Origin: Parasitella parasitica NRRL 2501 | Lineage: Eukaryota > Fungi > Mucoromycota | NCBI GenBank assembly: GCA_025201805.1 | Contig: MU619337.1 | Span: forward strand, 58,702-121,036 | Length of the DNA stretch: 62,335 nt | Direction of reading: 5' to 3' | Part shown: in pieces, positions 1 to 11,975 of the stretch | Layout of the letters: each line of letters begins with the position of its first letter | Position numbering within the stretch: position 1 is the first letter of the stretch | The notes under the pieces: model-generated | Database searches by the model: none | What the model saw: the letters and a program-made list of their open reading frames with translations, nothing else | What the model was told of the DNA's origin: nothing | Program-made: the position numbers and the translations under genes

Positions 1-1952
1 AGAAGAGCAGAAATGCTGCGAGTTAGAAACAAAAAATCATTAGATTACCTTTCAAAAAATAGTGATTTAATTTTTACATTACTCTAAATAAAAAAAGTCT
101 TTTACACAATATATTAGTTTTTTTTGTGATGTATAAAGTTATAGTTATATAGCAAAATATTTGAGGCATCATATATCATCTGCTATATAAACTAATAAAT
201 TTATTACAGGTTTCCCAACCTTCAAATAAGTCGACTTATTGAAGTTTCCTCTTGAATAAGTTCAATTAATTGCCTGCGGGATATGAAATCAGAGGTTTCC
301 TTTTGGTCTCCTCAGGTTTCCCGACCCACATATAAATAATTTAAACTCGATTGTTTCATAGTAAAAGCTTTTTTTATTACTGTGCCATTTTGTAAAGCAT
401 AAAAAATAACATATTCAGGCACTTTTTGTATTTTGATAATGATTGAGAGTCTTCTCAAATAACGAGAAAAGAGAGGTTGAAGAATTTGCTTTGACACATC
501 TGGTCAATCTCCAAGCAGAATGTGTCACGCAATATTGATAGTATTTTCAGGCTCAAGTATCATTGCAGGATACAAACAACGTAGGATAATAACTGTATAT
601 ACTATTTTGAGCGTTCGATTGTCGATATCGAGAAATGATGCATCTTTACAATGTTAGCTGTTATCAGATACATAAGTGTGCGCATTGTAAAACAGGAATT
701 TGCATATTTATATTCTAAACTTGACCTAATACACTAGCCAGTCCAAAGACTTTATGTATACAGTTATTCTAGTATATACACGTTTAATGGGGGGGGGGTT
801 TGTCTGCGTCAAAAAAAAAAGCTTCATGAAAGAATACATTTCTTTGTAGGAATACTAGACAAAAACCCAGAGCAAACCCATAAAACTTCAAAAGACTCTA
901 ACCTCATATAAATAAAAACAGATCTATATCGCAAAGTATGCTTCATAGATCTTGATGCATGCACGATCATTGACAAACTATATGTTCTTTGATTCTAAAA
1001 AACATTTGAGAAGTCTTGTACTATAAGAACGTGTTCTTTTATTTTCTAGCAAACGGCAAAGAACAAAATAGTACTAGGTGTATCTCCCTTTTTTTTTTCA
1101 ACTTATTAGGAGTGCTTCAAGTGCATAAGCTTTCATATATTCAAAGAGCGTAGTATTATAAAAACACTCTGAGGATGGAGGCTCTATTAACATGGTAATA
1201 CATGTACATTGCATGCAGTGCTAATATTTACCGCGATCGAAATCATGACATACCTCCACTGGTATTCATATAAAACTCCTATGTATAATAAGCCCTTTTT
1301 TCAATATTACGTATCACAATACAGATCATATACCAATCTATAAATATAAAGCTATTTTGATGGATTTCACTGCAATTGGATATGCACATACCACTCCTCT
1401 TGCTAAAAAAAAAAATGTTTATATAAAAAGGGGGTCATGGTGATGGTGGGGTGCGGGAGGAGATGGAGTAGGGGGCAGAGGTAAGGGAAGGCAAAAAAAC
1501 AAAGGCGGGCCTGGCCCTGATTCCACTAGAAATAAAAGAGCTTTCTTTTATATTCCACAAAACCCAAATAGGAATATTCAGGGTTTTTGGAATAGGATAT
1601 ATTTAGTGATTGTAATAAAATCCATTCGGCGGCGTACATAAACTTTGTTTTGAAGTGAATTTACGATGTTTGCATAAGAGGGCATAATAAGGGAACAAGA
1701 AAAAAAAAAAAAAACTTGTTATACTTATTACAGATAATGCACATGGAGATTGCCGGATTTTACTGAAAAAAGAAAAACGCACAAAAGAAAGAAAATTGGA
1801 TTCAAAACATGCAAAAAATGATGGATAAAAACATACAAAAATTGGACCCTTATTTTTAGCATCATGGCTTTAGAGTGATTTTATGGTGTTATTAAAATGT
1901 TTGTTATGATAAAAGTAGAATTCAACTCTTGTGTATTTTTTTTTTTTTTTTA

Positions 1953-4031
1953 CTAAAAATCATTTGTCTCCTTTAATTTTCTTTGGGGAGGAGGAGGAAA
2001 GTCATCCAAATCATTCGTAACTATAGAGGGCTGGGTTAGCGATTTGTTTACGGTATCTTCTGAAAGCAGCAGCTTGTAAACAGCCTTTTTGTATTCGGGT
2101 GTTCGTATGAATTTGGGAACCAAATCAGAAGCCATCAGCTTGGAAATATGATCATTCACCTTATCGAACCAGCTTAAAATAGTAGCAAGACTCTCAATGG
2201 TAGAATGAGTTGAAATAACAATCATGGGCTTCGAATGTCCAGGAGTAAAGGTATGTACAAGAGTTACCATATTAGATATTTCTTCCGCCATGTCTTTTTG
2301 GAGCGTTTGGTCGATATTCAGTTCGCACTGTGTTGAGCCTGGCTTGAGATAAGCTTCCCATAAAGCATAGGCATCCTCCAGCAATTGCTTTTGAGCTGCT
2401 ACTGGCATGCCAGTGTATCGTCGACAGCTTCTGCGCAGATTGTCATAATCTATCCAAAAATCTAAAGTCTCTGCGCAGCTGTTTGCTTCAAGAAAATCGC
2501 GGAACAAAGAGCGGAAATAAGCGTCTTTCAGCACCATCTTTAGCTTGATAGAACCGCCATCCTTGAAGCTGGCCCCTTCAGTAGGTGTAGTAGGAGAGAG
2601 CGGAGGCGTGGTTGTCGTGTAAAATCTGTAGCTTGCTTGATTTAGCTGCTTGGTATCGAAATAAGGTATTGTGTTGTTATCATAAAGAGGAGTTGACAGC
2701 GTGCTACTGTTACTGCTGTAGGTGGTGGCGGTGGTGGATGTTTGCAATAAGGGCAGAAGTGGTGTTTTTGATTTTCGACGATGGAGTTGCAGCGATGGTC
2801 TCTCCTTTTCATCGGTAGAATGGTTGTGACAGGAATCTGTGTTGCTACTCGACGCAGATGATACAATTGAACACCTCTTGTGTATGGATTGCTGATCTTC
2901 CACAGCCTGCTGTAGAACGTCATTGCAGTGCTTTAAGGAAACATCCATGACTACTTTGATTCCTTCCCTGGTCATGTTGAGTGCGATGGACTTGGATGAC
3001 TCAATGTATTTCGACTGTTTGGGCTTTTCATCGTAGAATGCTATCCAACCCAAATTCAAAAATTCCGTCATTATACTTTCAGCTTCATCATTTGATGCTA
3101 CAGTACAAAATTCAATCAACCAATTGCAGCATAACAAAGATGTGAATATAGCCCGCATCTTGAATTTCTTTGATGATGGATTCAAATTTTGTAGTAACGC
3201 CTTTTGTTGCTGAAACGACGATTTCTGATTTGACCACTGCGGGTATTTATAACTGACACCCACCAGCAGATCATTAGGCAATATCTTGATGTGAGGAAAG
3301 TAATCTGAGAAGGATGTGCTTCGAGACGCTGAAGCGGTAGAGCCTGAATCAGAGGAGCACATGGAATGCGCATCTTCAAAAGTAGTCTTGTTTTCATTCC
3401 CATAGTTGTGGCGTAACGGTAAGCTGGCAATCATGATGGCGAATAGGCAGGAAATGTACTTGCGTTTGCAGTTGAGTCTATCGTTTTCTTTCATTCGTTC
3501 GATTTGTATCAAAAAAATAAGCCTAGCCGAAGGATCGACGTAAGTAGCAAATTTGCCAATGTCCATTTTTGTCTTGACACAAAACTCTTGCAAAATGCAC
3601 AGCCCTTTTGAGCTAAGACGCCAAAGGCCTTTATCCCGATAAGTTTTGTTGGAAGGCTCGACAGCGTTTTCAATGAGACGAGTCCAGAGGAATTGCTGGA
3701 TCAAAGCCTTTGCCATGTCTCTGCCCATTTGAAAGGTGGTGGCAGTTTCATCATGGTCCTCTGATGATTCAAACTTTAATATACCCAACTCTTTGATGGC
3801 ATCTTCAGTTGTGAATGTGTTGGCATAGTTTCGAAACATGTATCTATGTGTTGAGAACGGCACTTGAGAAATCAGTCGAGAAAATAGACCATGAATGTCC
3901 TAATTTGAATACGTGAGTAGCAGATTCAACTTTTGAGATGTGTCTGACCCTACTTCAACGCTAGGACGCCCATCAATCGTAAACTTCAGAATGGATGTGT
4001 AGGCAAAGGGCGGAATCGCTGAATATCCCAT
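1953..4031 (-). CDS. DEP-domain RGS protein (FlbA/Sst2-like regulator of G-protein signalling), 2 exons
   Basis: ATG at 4031 (MGYSAIPPFAYTSILKFTIDGRPSVE) and a GT..AG intron at 3953-3900 join the 636-aa ORF. DEP-like segments (THRYMFRNYANTFT; NWLIEFCTV..AESIMTEFLNLGWI) and a C-terminal RGS box (LFRDFLEANSCAETLDFW..ELNID..LMASDLVPKF) are present. Confidence 0.88.
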
Positions 4032-4301
4032 TTTGTTCAAGAAGGGGAAAATAAATCGAAAAGAAAAAGCTAGGAAATCCAAAAGCGAATTTAAAGGATT
4101 TTTATACTATTGCCAGAGTAACTTTAAAATTCTAGCATACTACTACGGCATACTTGATTCACTAAAGAAATAGAATTTTGATTGACTGCAAAAAAAAAAA
4201 AACGAGGGGTAAACCTACCAAACAAAATGCATAACTTCACTATGAAAGTAATGACACAGTTGACATGAAGGAAAAGATTCTATTTGTTTGTCATACATCA
4301 A

Positions 4302-4621
4302 NNNNNNNNNNNNNNNNNNNNNNNNNNNNNNNNNNNNNNNNNNNNNNNNNNNNNNNNNNNNNNNNNNNNNNNNNNNNNNNNNNNNNNNNNNNNNNNNNNN
4401 NNNNNNNNNNNNNNNNNNNNNNNNNNNNNNNNNNNNNNNNNNNNNNNNNNNNNNNNNNNNNNNNNNNNNNNNNNNNNNNNNNNNNNNNNNNNNNNNNNNN
4501 NNNNNNNNNNNNNNNNNNNNNNNNNNNNNNNNNNNNNNNNNNNNNNNNNNNNNNNNNNNNNNNNNNNNNNNNNNNNNNNNNNNNNNNNNNNNNNNNNNNN
4601 NNNNNNNNNNNNNNNNNNNNN
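4302..4621. other. Assembly gap (N run)
   Basis: 320 consecutive N; ORFs spanning it are artefacts. Confidence 1.
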
Positions 4622-5332
4622 TTTTTCGCAACGTAATGTGCACTACTCCCGACATGCCACCCCCACTCCTCTCCCCTTTTATTTCTGCTTTCTTCAGTTC
4701 GTTTATAGTAATGGGCTTGGGCAGTAAAAGAGGACATGCTTTAATTTATAGTTCAAGGAGTGTATATCCACACACATGTAGTAGCTTGTTTGTTATTCTC
4801 GTTCTTGTCGCTGATGCTGTTACTCAGCGCCTCTGTTTCCGTCAGCTATTCAAAGATTGGTCCATGGCAGCAGAACATTTAGGGCTAAACCAAATGGAAT
4901 TCTCCTCTTCCCCTGATCTGAGCACCTTATTCATCTGTCCATTTGGCTACAATATTCATTCATTCTTTTAATGCGTGGCTGCCTGCCCAAGTTGTCTCAT
5001 GTATCGAGTACACCAATGGTAACACACACTGCCTTGAAAAAAGGGTGTACCAAACGTCAGCTAACCACTTTTTTCTTTTTTTTTTTTTTTTTTTGGTGAT
5101 TTTAGATTACGTTACAAAAGGCTAAATGGGTCCGCAAAGAGTGCGATCGCCCAACATGGGCTTTGCCATTTTAATGACCTCATTTCAAAGCGATCGATTG
5201 CAAATGAACACGCATAAAGCGCTCCTATTATCAAGTTATAAATTAAATAACAATGACCTTTTTTTATTCATTCATATAGGATGTATTCATATAATGTGGG
5301 GGAGAAAAGGGGCGCAAATTAATATGTGGGTC

Positions 5333-6070
5333 TCACTCTTTATGCTGCGCTGCCTTCTCAAAGGCCGCGATCGCAGCATCCGCAGTGGAACGAGCAGAAG
5401 CGGGATTAGCGCCTGTTACCACTCTGCCATCAGTCCTGGCAAAGTCTGCAAACGGCGTAGGCGGGGCCTCATATTTGGCGCCAACAGATGCTGCTGCTTC
5501 CTCAATAGTGGGCACCTTGTCATTCTTGATCTTTTCCAAAATGTTCATTTGCACCTCACCTTCAGTTGTAAAGCCGGTTACAGTTTTACCACTGATGATC
5601 GAGTCGCCGCTTTTCTTCTTGATACCTGGTAAGATGGCTGGGCCATGGCAGACGGCAGAAACAACACCTCCGCGTTCATAGATATCCTCGGCAATAGCCT
5701 GAAGCCCTCGAGCATTGGGGTAATCATATAAACTGGCGTGCCCAGCAGACGCGAAAAACAATCCGTATTCCTTGGGGTTCAAACGAGAAGCTTCACGGAG
5801 ATTCTTGTTCAAAAGTACATTAAAGGGATGGTTCGGATCGCGATAGACCTTTTCGTCTTCATCTGTGAGGAACTGCTTTTCCGTCGAGTGTTCATCCATC
5901 CCATACGTGCCAGTCTCCGATGCAAGATCTACTTGGAATCCTTTCTCAACAAGGGCTTCGTAGGGGTGGAGTGCCTCTGTGTAAAACAGGCCGGTCTTGG
6001 CGCCGTCGGCATAAAAGGGCTCGTTGTAGCTAGTTATAGCGATTAAGGCTTTTCGTGGAAGTTCTGTCAT
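5333..6070 (-). CDS. DJ-1/PfpI family Hsp31-like glutathione-independent glyoxalase, intronless
   Basis: Likely start MTELPRKALIAITS at 6070. Motifs: TGLFYTEALHP (catalytic Glu), SAGH, AVCHG (nucleophile Cys-His), VTGFTTEGE, DGRVVTGANPASA. Confidence 0.92.
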   Translation of the reverse strand: MTELPRKALIAITSYNEPFYADGAKTGLFYTEALHPYEALVEKGFQVDLASETGTYGMDEHSTEKQFLTDEDEKVYRDPNHPFNVLLNKNLREASRLNPKEYGLFFASAGHASLYDYPNARGLQAIAEDIYERGGVVSAVCHGPAILPGIKKKSGDSIISGKTVTGFTTEGEVQMNILEKIKNDKVPTIEEAAASVGAKYEAPPTPFADFARTDGRVVTGANPASARSTADAAIAAFEKAAQHKE

Positions 6071-6419
6071 TTTGCGCAAGTAAATAAAAATGTAAACGTG
6101 TGAACAGATGGGGACGCCGCAATCGAGAAGACGCCTTTTTATATCAACTCGGTATTCTGAAACATATACTAAAGGATATGGTACGTTTTGCATAAACGTC
6201 ATTCTTTTAGAGATGGTTACGACATATTCATTGGCTATATGCATAGACTGCGCATAACCTCCCCCCTATAATTACTAATCAATGGAGATTTTTGGGCAAC
6301 AGACTTTGTTACATTAAAACTGACAAGCAGGCATTACTGTACCAAACCTTTGAAGCATATGACAAATAAAGTGGGTATTCCAAAAAAAAAAAAAGGTACA
6401 TGTTTTTATTGGATGATCT

Positions 6420-9400
6420 TCAAGACTGATCAAGCAAAAAATTACTAGCTTTTTCCAAATCCTGGTCATATCGATTTAACGCGTCTTTAGCCTCCTGTTC
6501 TGCAAACCCCATCTTTACCAACTCTTCGATTTTATCGCCTACGATACCGATAGAATGCACAGGTCTGGCAGTGGCAGCGTTTACAGGTGGAGAAGCCGAC
6601 TCATTCGCGGGCTGCTTGCCCTTGCTATTTGATGTAGGGGAAGGAACGACAGGAGATTGCTTACCGAAATCGCCTCCAAAGCTAGAGAATGCATCATCAA
6701 AGCCATTGCTGTTGACAGTGCTGGTAGCAGCAGACGATGCTTGGTTTACAGATGCAGTAGGTGGAGCCGCTGAGCCAAAGATAGAGTCCCAATCTTCATC
6801 AGCAGCCGTTTCCGTTGTTGTCAAAGCAGGGTTTTTCGACAAGTCATCTTTACCAGAAAAGCTGAACCCACCACCAAAGCTAGATGCCCAATTATCATTA
6901 GTAGCAGAGACAGAAGCAGGTACATCTGCAGTCGCTTTTGGCTGCTGTGCTGGCTTTATATCGAATGCGCTGAATGCATCATCGAAATCTGCAAACTCGT
7001 CTTTATCAACACCCTTCGAGACAACCTTTGCTTCTGAAAGCTTTCCTGAAAATGCAACTTCAAAGTCATCCTCGTCCGAGTTTTCTTCGATTTGCGAAGG
7101 CGTTTGCTGGGGCGCTGAAGGGCCTGAAGGGCCTGAAGGTGGAGGCGGGGGTGGTGGAGCACGTTGCTTTTTGGAGATAGTGGAGGGAGATGTAGCCGAG
7201 TTGACAGAACTGACGCTTTCAGAAGGCTGTCTATGGTGTCTGCTCTGGGGAGGGGGAGGAGGGGGTCCACGAGATGACTTGGTGAAAGAGGTTGTTGGCG
7301 TAGTGGCAGAGGTAGCCCAAGCAGTAGGGTCAAAGGCTTCAACAGGTGGTGTTGTCGCACTAGTCGATCCCATGTTGCCGAAAATGGCATCAAAATCATC
7401 GTTACTTGCACTGACGGTGGCAGTGGCAGTGGGGGGAGTGAAGGCGTAAAATGGGCTAGACGAAGCAAAGGGAGACGGGGTTGATTTAGGAGCCGGGGAA
7501 TCGCCAAATAAGTTGTTGAGGGCAGGAGTAGACACAACAGAAGGTGTAGCCTCAGGGCTTGTGGCGGTGGCAGCAGCATCGGCATCGACAGAATCAGGCT
7601 TGGTATCAGCGAAAATGGACTCATCTTCGTCCGTTTCGTTGTCTTCCTCTTGGTTCAAATTGCCAGCCATCTTGTAGTCTTCTAAATGACGCCTAGCTTG
7701 GGCTCGGTCTTGTTCAGCAGCAGTGACCTGGCGTCTATTGATATCCAACATCATATTCTGCTGTTTATTCTGGGCTCTCATTTTCTCCAAGTCTGCAGTA
7801 GCTGCATTCGTTTCTTGCTGAATCTCATTCACTCGACGACGTAGACTCTCTGTTTCGGCACGTCCGTTTTGCAATGTTTGCTGCACTTGGGCAATTTCAT
7901 TTTGCAAAGCCGTGAGCTGCTGCTGAGCCGCGTCGTATTCCGCTCGAACCTTGTCCCACTCGCCTTCTTCACGACGTACTGTTTCTTGAATTTCGTTCAG
8001 GTCCTTGACGACGCTTTCATGAGCCATGCGAACATTGGTGAGTTGCGCTTCCAAGTCCTTTTTTTGTTTCGCAAGCCGCTCCAAAGTGCCTTCTGCAGAC
8101 TGTTTCTGGCTTGACAGATCAGCCTTTTGCATGGAAAGCGATGAGATTTGATTTTGCAGTATGTTGACTTGGTTGGTTTCATGAGATATTTGGTCGTTTC
8201 CGAAATCTCCCAATAAATCATGGGCATTTCCATCGTCAATGAGTGAGCGCTGCTGCTGCTGTTGTTGTTGTTGTTGTGGTGGTGGTGGTAGTGAAAGTGA
8301 ATGTGACACTGGTGCTGGAGATGCAAATACAGCGGGACTGGCGGGTGCAAATGCCGGCGAATTGCCAAAGGGAGATTGCTGTATTGTCGGCCTATTGGAT
8401 GGAGGAATCAAAGTCTTTGGTAAAATCTGAGGCAGCTGTTCGCCCGCCAGTCTTTTGTGGATCAAATGCATAGCAACAGCAAACTCATCTCTTGACAAAG
8501 CGCCTTTCTGCTGGATGTCAGCCAAATCCCAAACATGCGCCAAATCAGTTTCAGGTAGTCTAGAGTTTTTGAAAAACTCGACAGCCTCCTTGCCCTGGAT
8601 CGCCTCGGTTTTATTCGAATCGATTTTGTCAAAGTAAGCGTCAAACTGCTGTTTTTCTTGTGCAGAGACATCCCATTGCTGCACAGTCTCATGGATAGAG
8701 GCCGATGGGCCAAACGCCAAGTTTCCAAGAGAGTCTATTGTTCTAGCACGTTGAGGAGGCGTCATGATGCTTTGCTGGCGAGTGTTGCGAAACGACGGAG
8801 AGGTAATCGACATATTGCGCATCATGGGTGATTGTGAGGCGGACGAGATTGACGTTGCTGCATCTCCGTTGGCAGATTGATACACAGCAGGAGGCAGTCT
8901 GTCTGGTAAGCTGGTGAGCGTGCCATCCATCAACTTGGCAATGTAGTGCATGGCGATGATGAATTCAGTCTGGTTCAAGGATCCTGATTGGCGCACATCA
9001 GCCAAGATCCTATGTGCAGGATAACATTGGGAGTTTTAATAAATTGTACACATTCTGACTGGACCTTGCCTTCACTTACCATATTTGACTTAATGTCTCC
9101 ATAGGCAATTTGGACTTTATGAATACTTCTCGGGCTGTGTCACCGTCCAGAACACCATTGGCAGGTTGGTGCACTTTGAATATGCCAGCGTATTTTTCAC
9201 GCTCTGCAGGAGTAATGGGCGTAGCAGCTGAAGCATTTGGTACAACTGGACTTGGCACAACAGCCACATCGAATTGAGGCAGAGGAACAACTAATAAACC
9301 TTGTCTATTAGCATTTCATTATTGCCATTCACGGTAGATCCAAACCTGTAGACAATACATTTGTGTCTGCTTCCTTTCCATGCTGAGCACATGCTATCAG

Positions 9401-9689
9401 CTTGAGAGCAATTGAAAACGTCTCTGGCGTTAAATATCCCCCCTTATCACGGTCGGCAGCCTCCCAAATCTAAGCAGCCTAGTGTCTTAGCAACCATGGC
9501 AAATCCTGTTTTGTCAGCGACCCTTATTCTTACCTCTGATAGAATTTGGGTTGGCACACCCGAAGTCGCAAAGAAACGCACAGCTTCGGCGCCTGTGACA
9601 ATGCCTTTCTGCTGTTTGCTGACAAAGTCAAACAATTGTGTAAAATATTCAGATTCCTTGGGCGATAGTTGAGATTTCCAAGTGGACAT
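6420..9689 (-). CDS. EDE1: Ede1/Eps15-like endocytic EH-domain scaffold, multi-exon
   Basis: Three EH domains spread across exons (GIVTGAEAVRFFATSGVP; KSKLPMETLSQIW; NSRLPETDLAHVWDLAD), a coiled coil, an acidic/F-rich tail and a C-terminal UBA (IEELVKMGFAEQEAKDALNRYDQDLEKASNFLL). Confidence 0.92.
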
Positions 9690-9820
9690 TGTTTTATTAT
9701 TTGTGTTAAATAAGGAGGAGGAGGAGGAAGAGAAAGAAGAAAGAAAAAAGAAATAAAGCGAAATTGGAGCAGGAGAGTTCGGTTAAATTACAATTTCAAA
9801 ATTGTTGCTATTGGCTTAAT

Positions 9821-11240
9821 TTAAGCGCCTACATGGAGTTGCTGGGAAAAACTATCAGATAGTTGATCAGCATTGGAAGAAGAAGAAGCGTTGCTGCCAG
9901 TACTGATGGAAGACATTACGCGAGAAGCAAAGTTTTTGCCGTTCTCAGGCCCCCGAGGCTGACGAATGGGATGAATTACATTTGAAGAAAGGGCATCAGC
10001 AGTGGTGCTGCTTCTCCTACAGATTCTTTGTGAGTGTTTCTACACCAGCATACGCAGACAAACACACAATCACACAATCACGCACACACTTACATCATTG
10101 ATTTTTTGTACACATCTCTCTTGATATCCATGCTGCCACTAATGACATCCAAACGCTCACGGCTAGGGCTCGATGTCAAACCGCCCTTGAAGAGTTTGGG
10201 CTCAAGTCGGACAACGGGCGCTCTTTTCGCAATGAAAATCTGTCGATCAGCACCAAAGCCTTCAGAATAGTGAAAAAGGCCTAGTCTACCCGCAATTAGA
10301 TGCGCATCTCTGCGCTCTTTGGCAGAGAGTGTTTTTGGAAGAGCAATTTCGTCGCTGCCAGAGTCTCCACGGAAGAGCAAGAGGCAGCTGTATAGCTCCA
10401 ATACATTGGGATCATTCAAATCCAGGGTATCTGGAATCGTGTGTGAGTGTCAGTCTCCAGACGCATTTTAACCCAAAAGTCGTACATGTACATACCGTCA
10501 TCTAAAGTGCTAGTGCTGGGCAATTTACGTTCAGTTCTTAAAGGTGACCCTGATTGAGTCGATGTAGAGTTGGATACTTCTCTCTCCTTCTTTTGGGTGT
10601 CATTATCCGTCATATTTGGTAACATTTTCTTGTACTCTACACGCAATTTACGACCTCCTATCTCCAGTCCATTCACTGTGTTGACTACAATTGCTGTTTC
10701 TTCAGGAGTTTTGTAATTGGCAAACGCAAGGCCACGAAACACACCATTGTCAAAATGGTAGTTGAACGCATACGCAGCTGGAACGTCCATAGAGGCCTAT
10801 CTTAATAGTGAATACGTGGCGATATCCAGTCGAAATTTGCATTACCAATGTGCTCAAAAGAGCATCTTTTTTCACAGAAAACGGAATATTCTTGATCACA
10901 ATGGCTGTTGGGATGATTTGGTCGCTGTCCTCCATGCGGCTTCCTGTGGGAGAAACAGGGCGAGAGGCTGGGCGAGAGGACGGACGAGACGATGGACGAG
11001 ACGACGGACGAGACGAAGGGCGAGACGAAGGACGAGAATTGGGCAAGTTGATAATTGGTTCCTTTAGAAGGGATCTAGGTTAGATGCGCCACTAAGAGAA
11101 AAAAAAAAAAAAAAAAGAAAAAAAAAAGAAACCCCCCCCCACCCGTATACCATACGCCATTATATTACCTTGCTATTGTTTCTGTGGACTCTTCTCAATG
11201 AAGAGGGTCGGGAGAGTGGAGAGTTGCTATTATCAGTCAT
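9821..11240 (-). CDS. RRM + R3H RNA-binding protein (Pin4/Cip1-Cip2-like), multi-exon
   Basis: Start MTDNSNSPLSRP at 11240. RRM (TAIVIKNIPFSVKK..AFNYHFDNGVFRGLAFANY), R3H (ERRDAHLIAGRLGLFHYSEGFG); the last exon encodes HPIRQPRGPENGKNF and ends TAA at 9821-9823. Confidence 0.85.
10957..11037 (-). repeat. 12-nt coding tandem repeat encoding (SRPS)n, about 7 units
   Basis: Plus strand reads repeats of the type ggacgagacgan; translation NSRPSSRPSSRPSSRPSSRPSSRPASRPVSP. Confidence 0.9.
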
Positions 11241-11975
11241 ATGAGGAGTTGGTCGTTATAACAATTCAGAGTGTTTTTCTATTGATGTGTAAGAAGGAGA
11301 GAGAGCGAGCTTTAAGAGAGGGATGAGGACGAGGGGAGAAGAGTGTGAGAGAGAGAGGACAAAGAAGAAGAAAAAGCATGTGCAAGCAGAAAAAAAAAAG
11401 AGGCTTTTAAACACACTGAGATTGCCTGCTCAGCTAATTAAACAATGCTTCTTTTTTTTAATTAAACAAAAAAAAAGGCGCTTTCTGAAACGAGTGTTTA
11501 TTTCACTAATGACTACACATTACATCTTGATACATGTGCAAACAAAGATGAAACTCTGATTCATGAAGATCAAGGGATGTTTTTCACAAAGACTGGATGA
11601 TTGGCCTATCAAAACCATCGTATAATTACTGTTTGCATTTGGTGCCAAGATGCATGGTTACACACTTGTTACTTGCTAAACGACATATCGTGTTTCATTC
11701 TGTGCTCACTGCTACCTATAGCATACAGAGCACGACGATAAGATCATTGTCTGCCTCCTTTTGCCATTACGCTGGCATGTGCTTGCTGTCATCGGCCATT
11801 TCCCGCTCTTGCCCAGTGTGCAAAAGGTTGCTATGATTTACTCTATGTGCGTGTGTTGGGGATTGGACTACCGACATAACTCGCAACCAAAGATTTCGCC
11901 TTTTTTTTTTTTTTTCCTTGTTTTCACTTTTTTTTTTCTCTCCACTCAATCAATCATTGCTTAGGCTGTATATAG

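Noticed and set aside
1430-1530. G-rich island followed by a GGGC-CTG-GCCC hairpin and CTAG (possible Helitron 3' end or G-quadruplex)
   Set aside because: The stem is only 4-5 bp, CTAG is followed by A rather than the expected T, no 5' TC end or helicase remnant is visible, and the G-runs have long irregular loops.
4215-4971. Five ORFs of 123-227 aa
   Set aside because: They are open only because they cross the 320-nt N gap.
6071-6244. 58-aa N-terminal extension on the DJ-1/Hsp31 ORF
   Set aside because: Family similarity begins at MTELPRK (6070, with an AAA ATG context); the extension is AT-rich, promoter-like sequence.
6571-7449. 292-aa ORF antisense to EDE1, and poly-Cys/Val ORFs opposite polyQ tracts
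   Set aside because: These are reverse-complement translations of low-complexity coding sequence.
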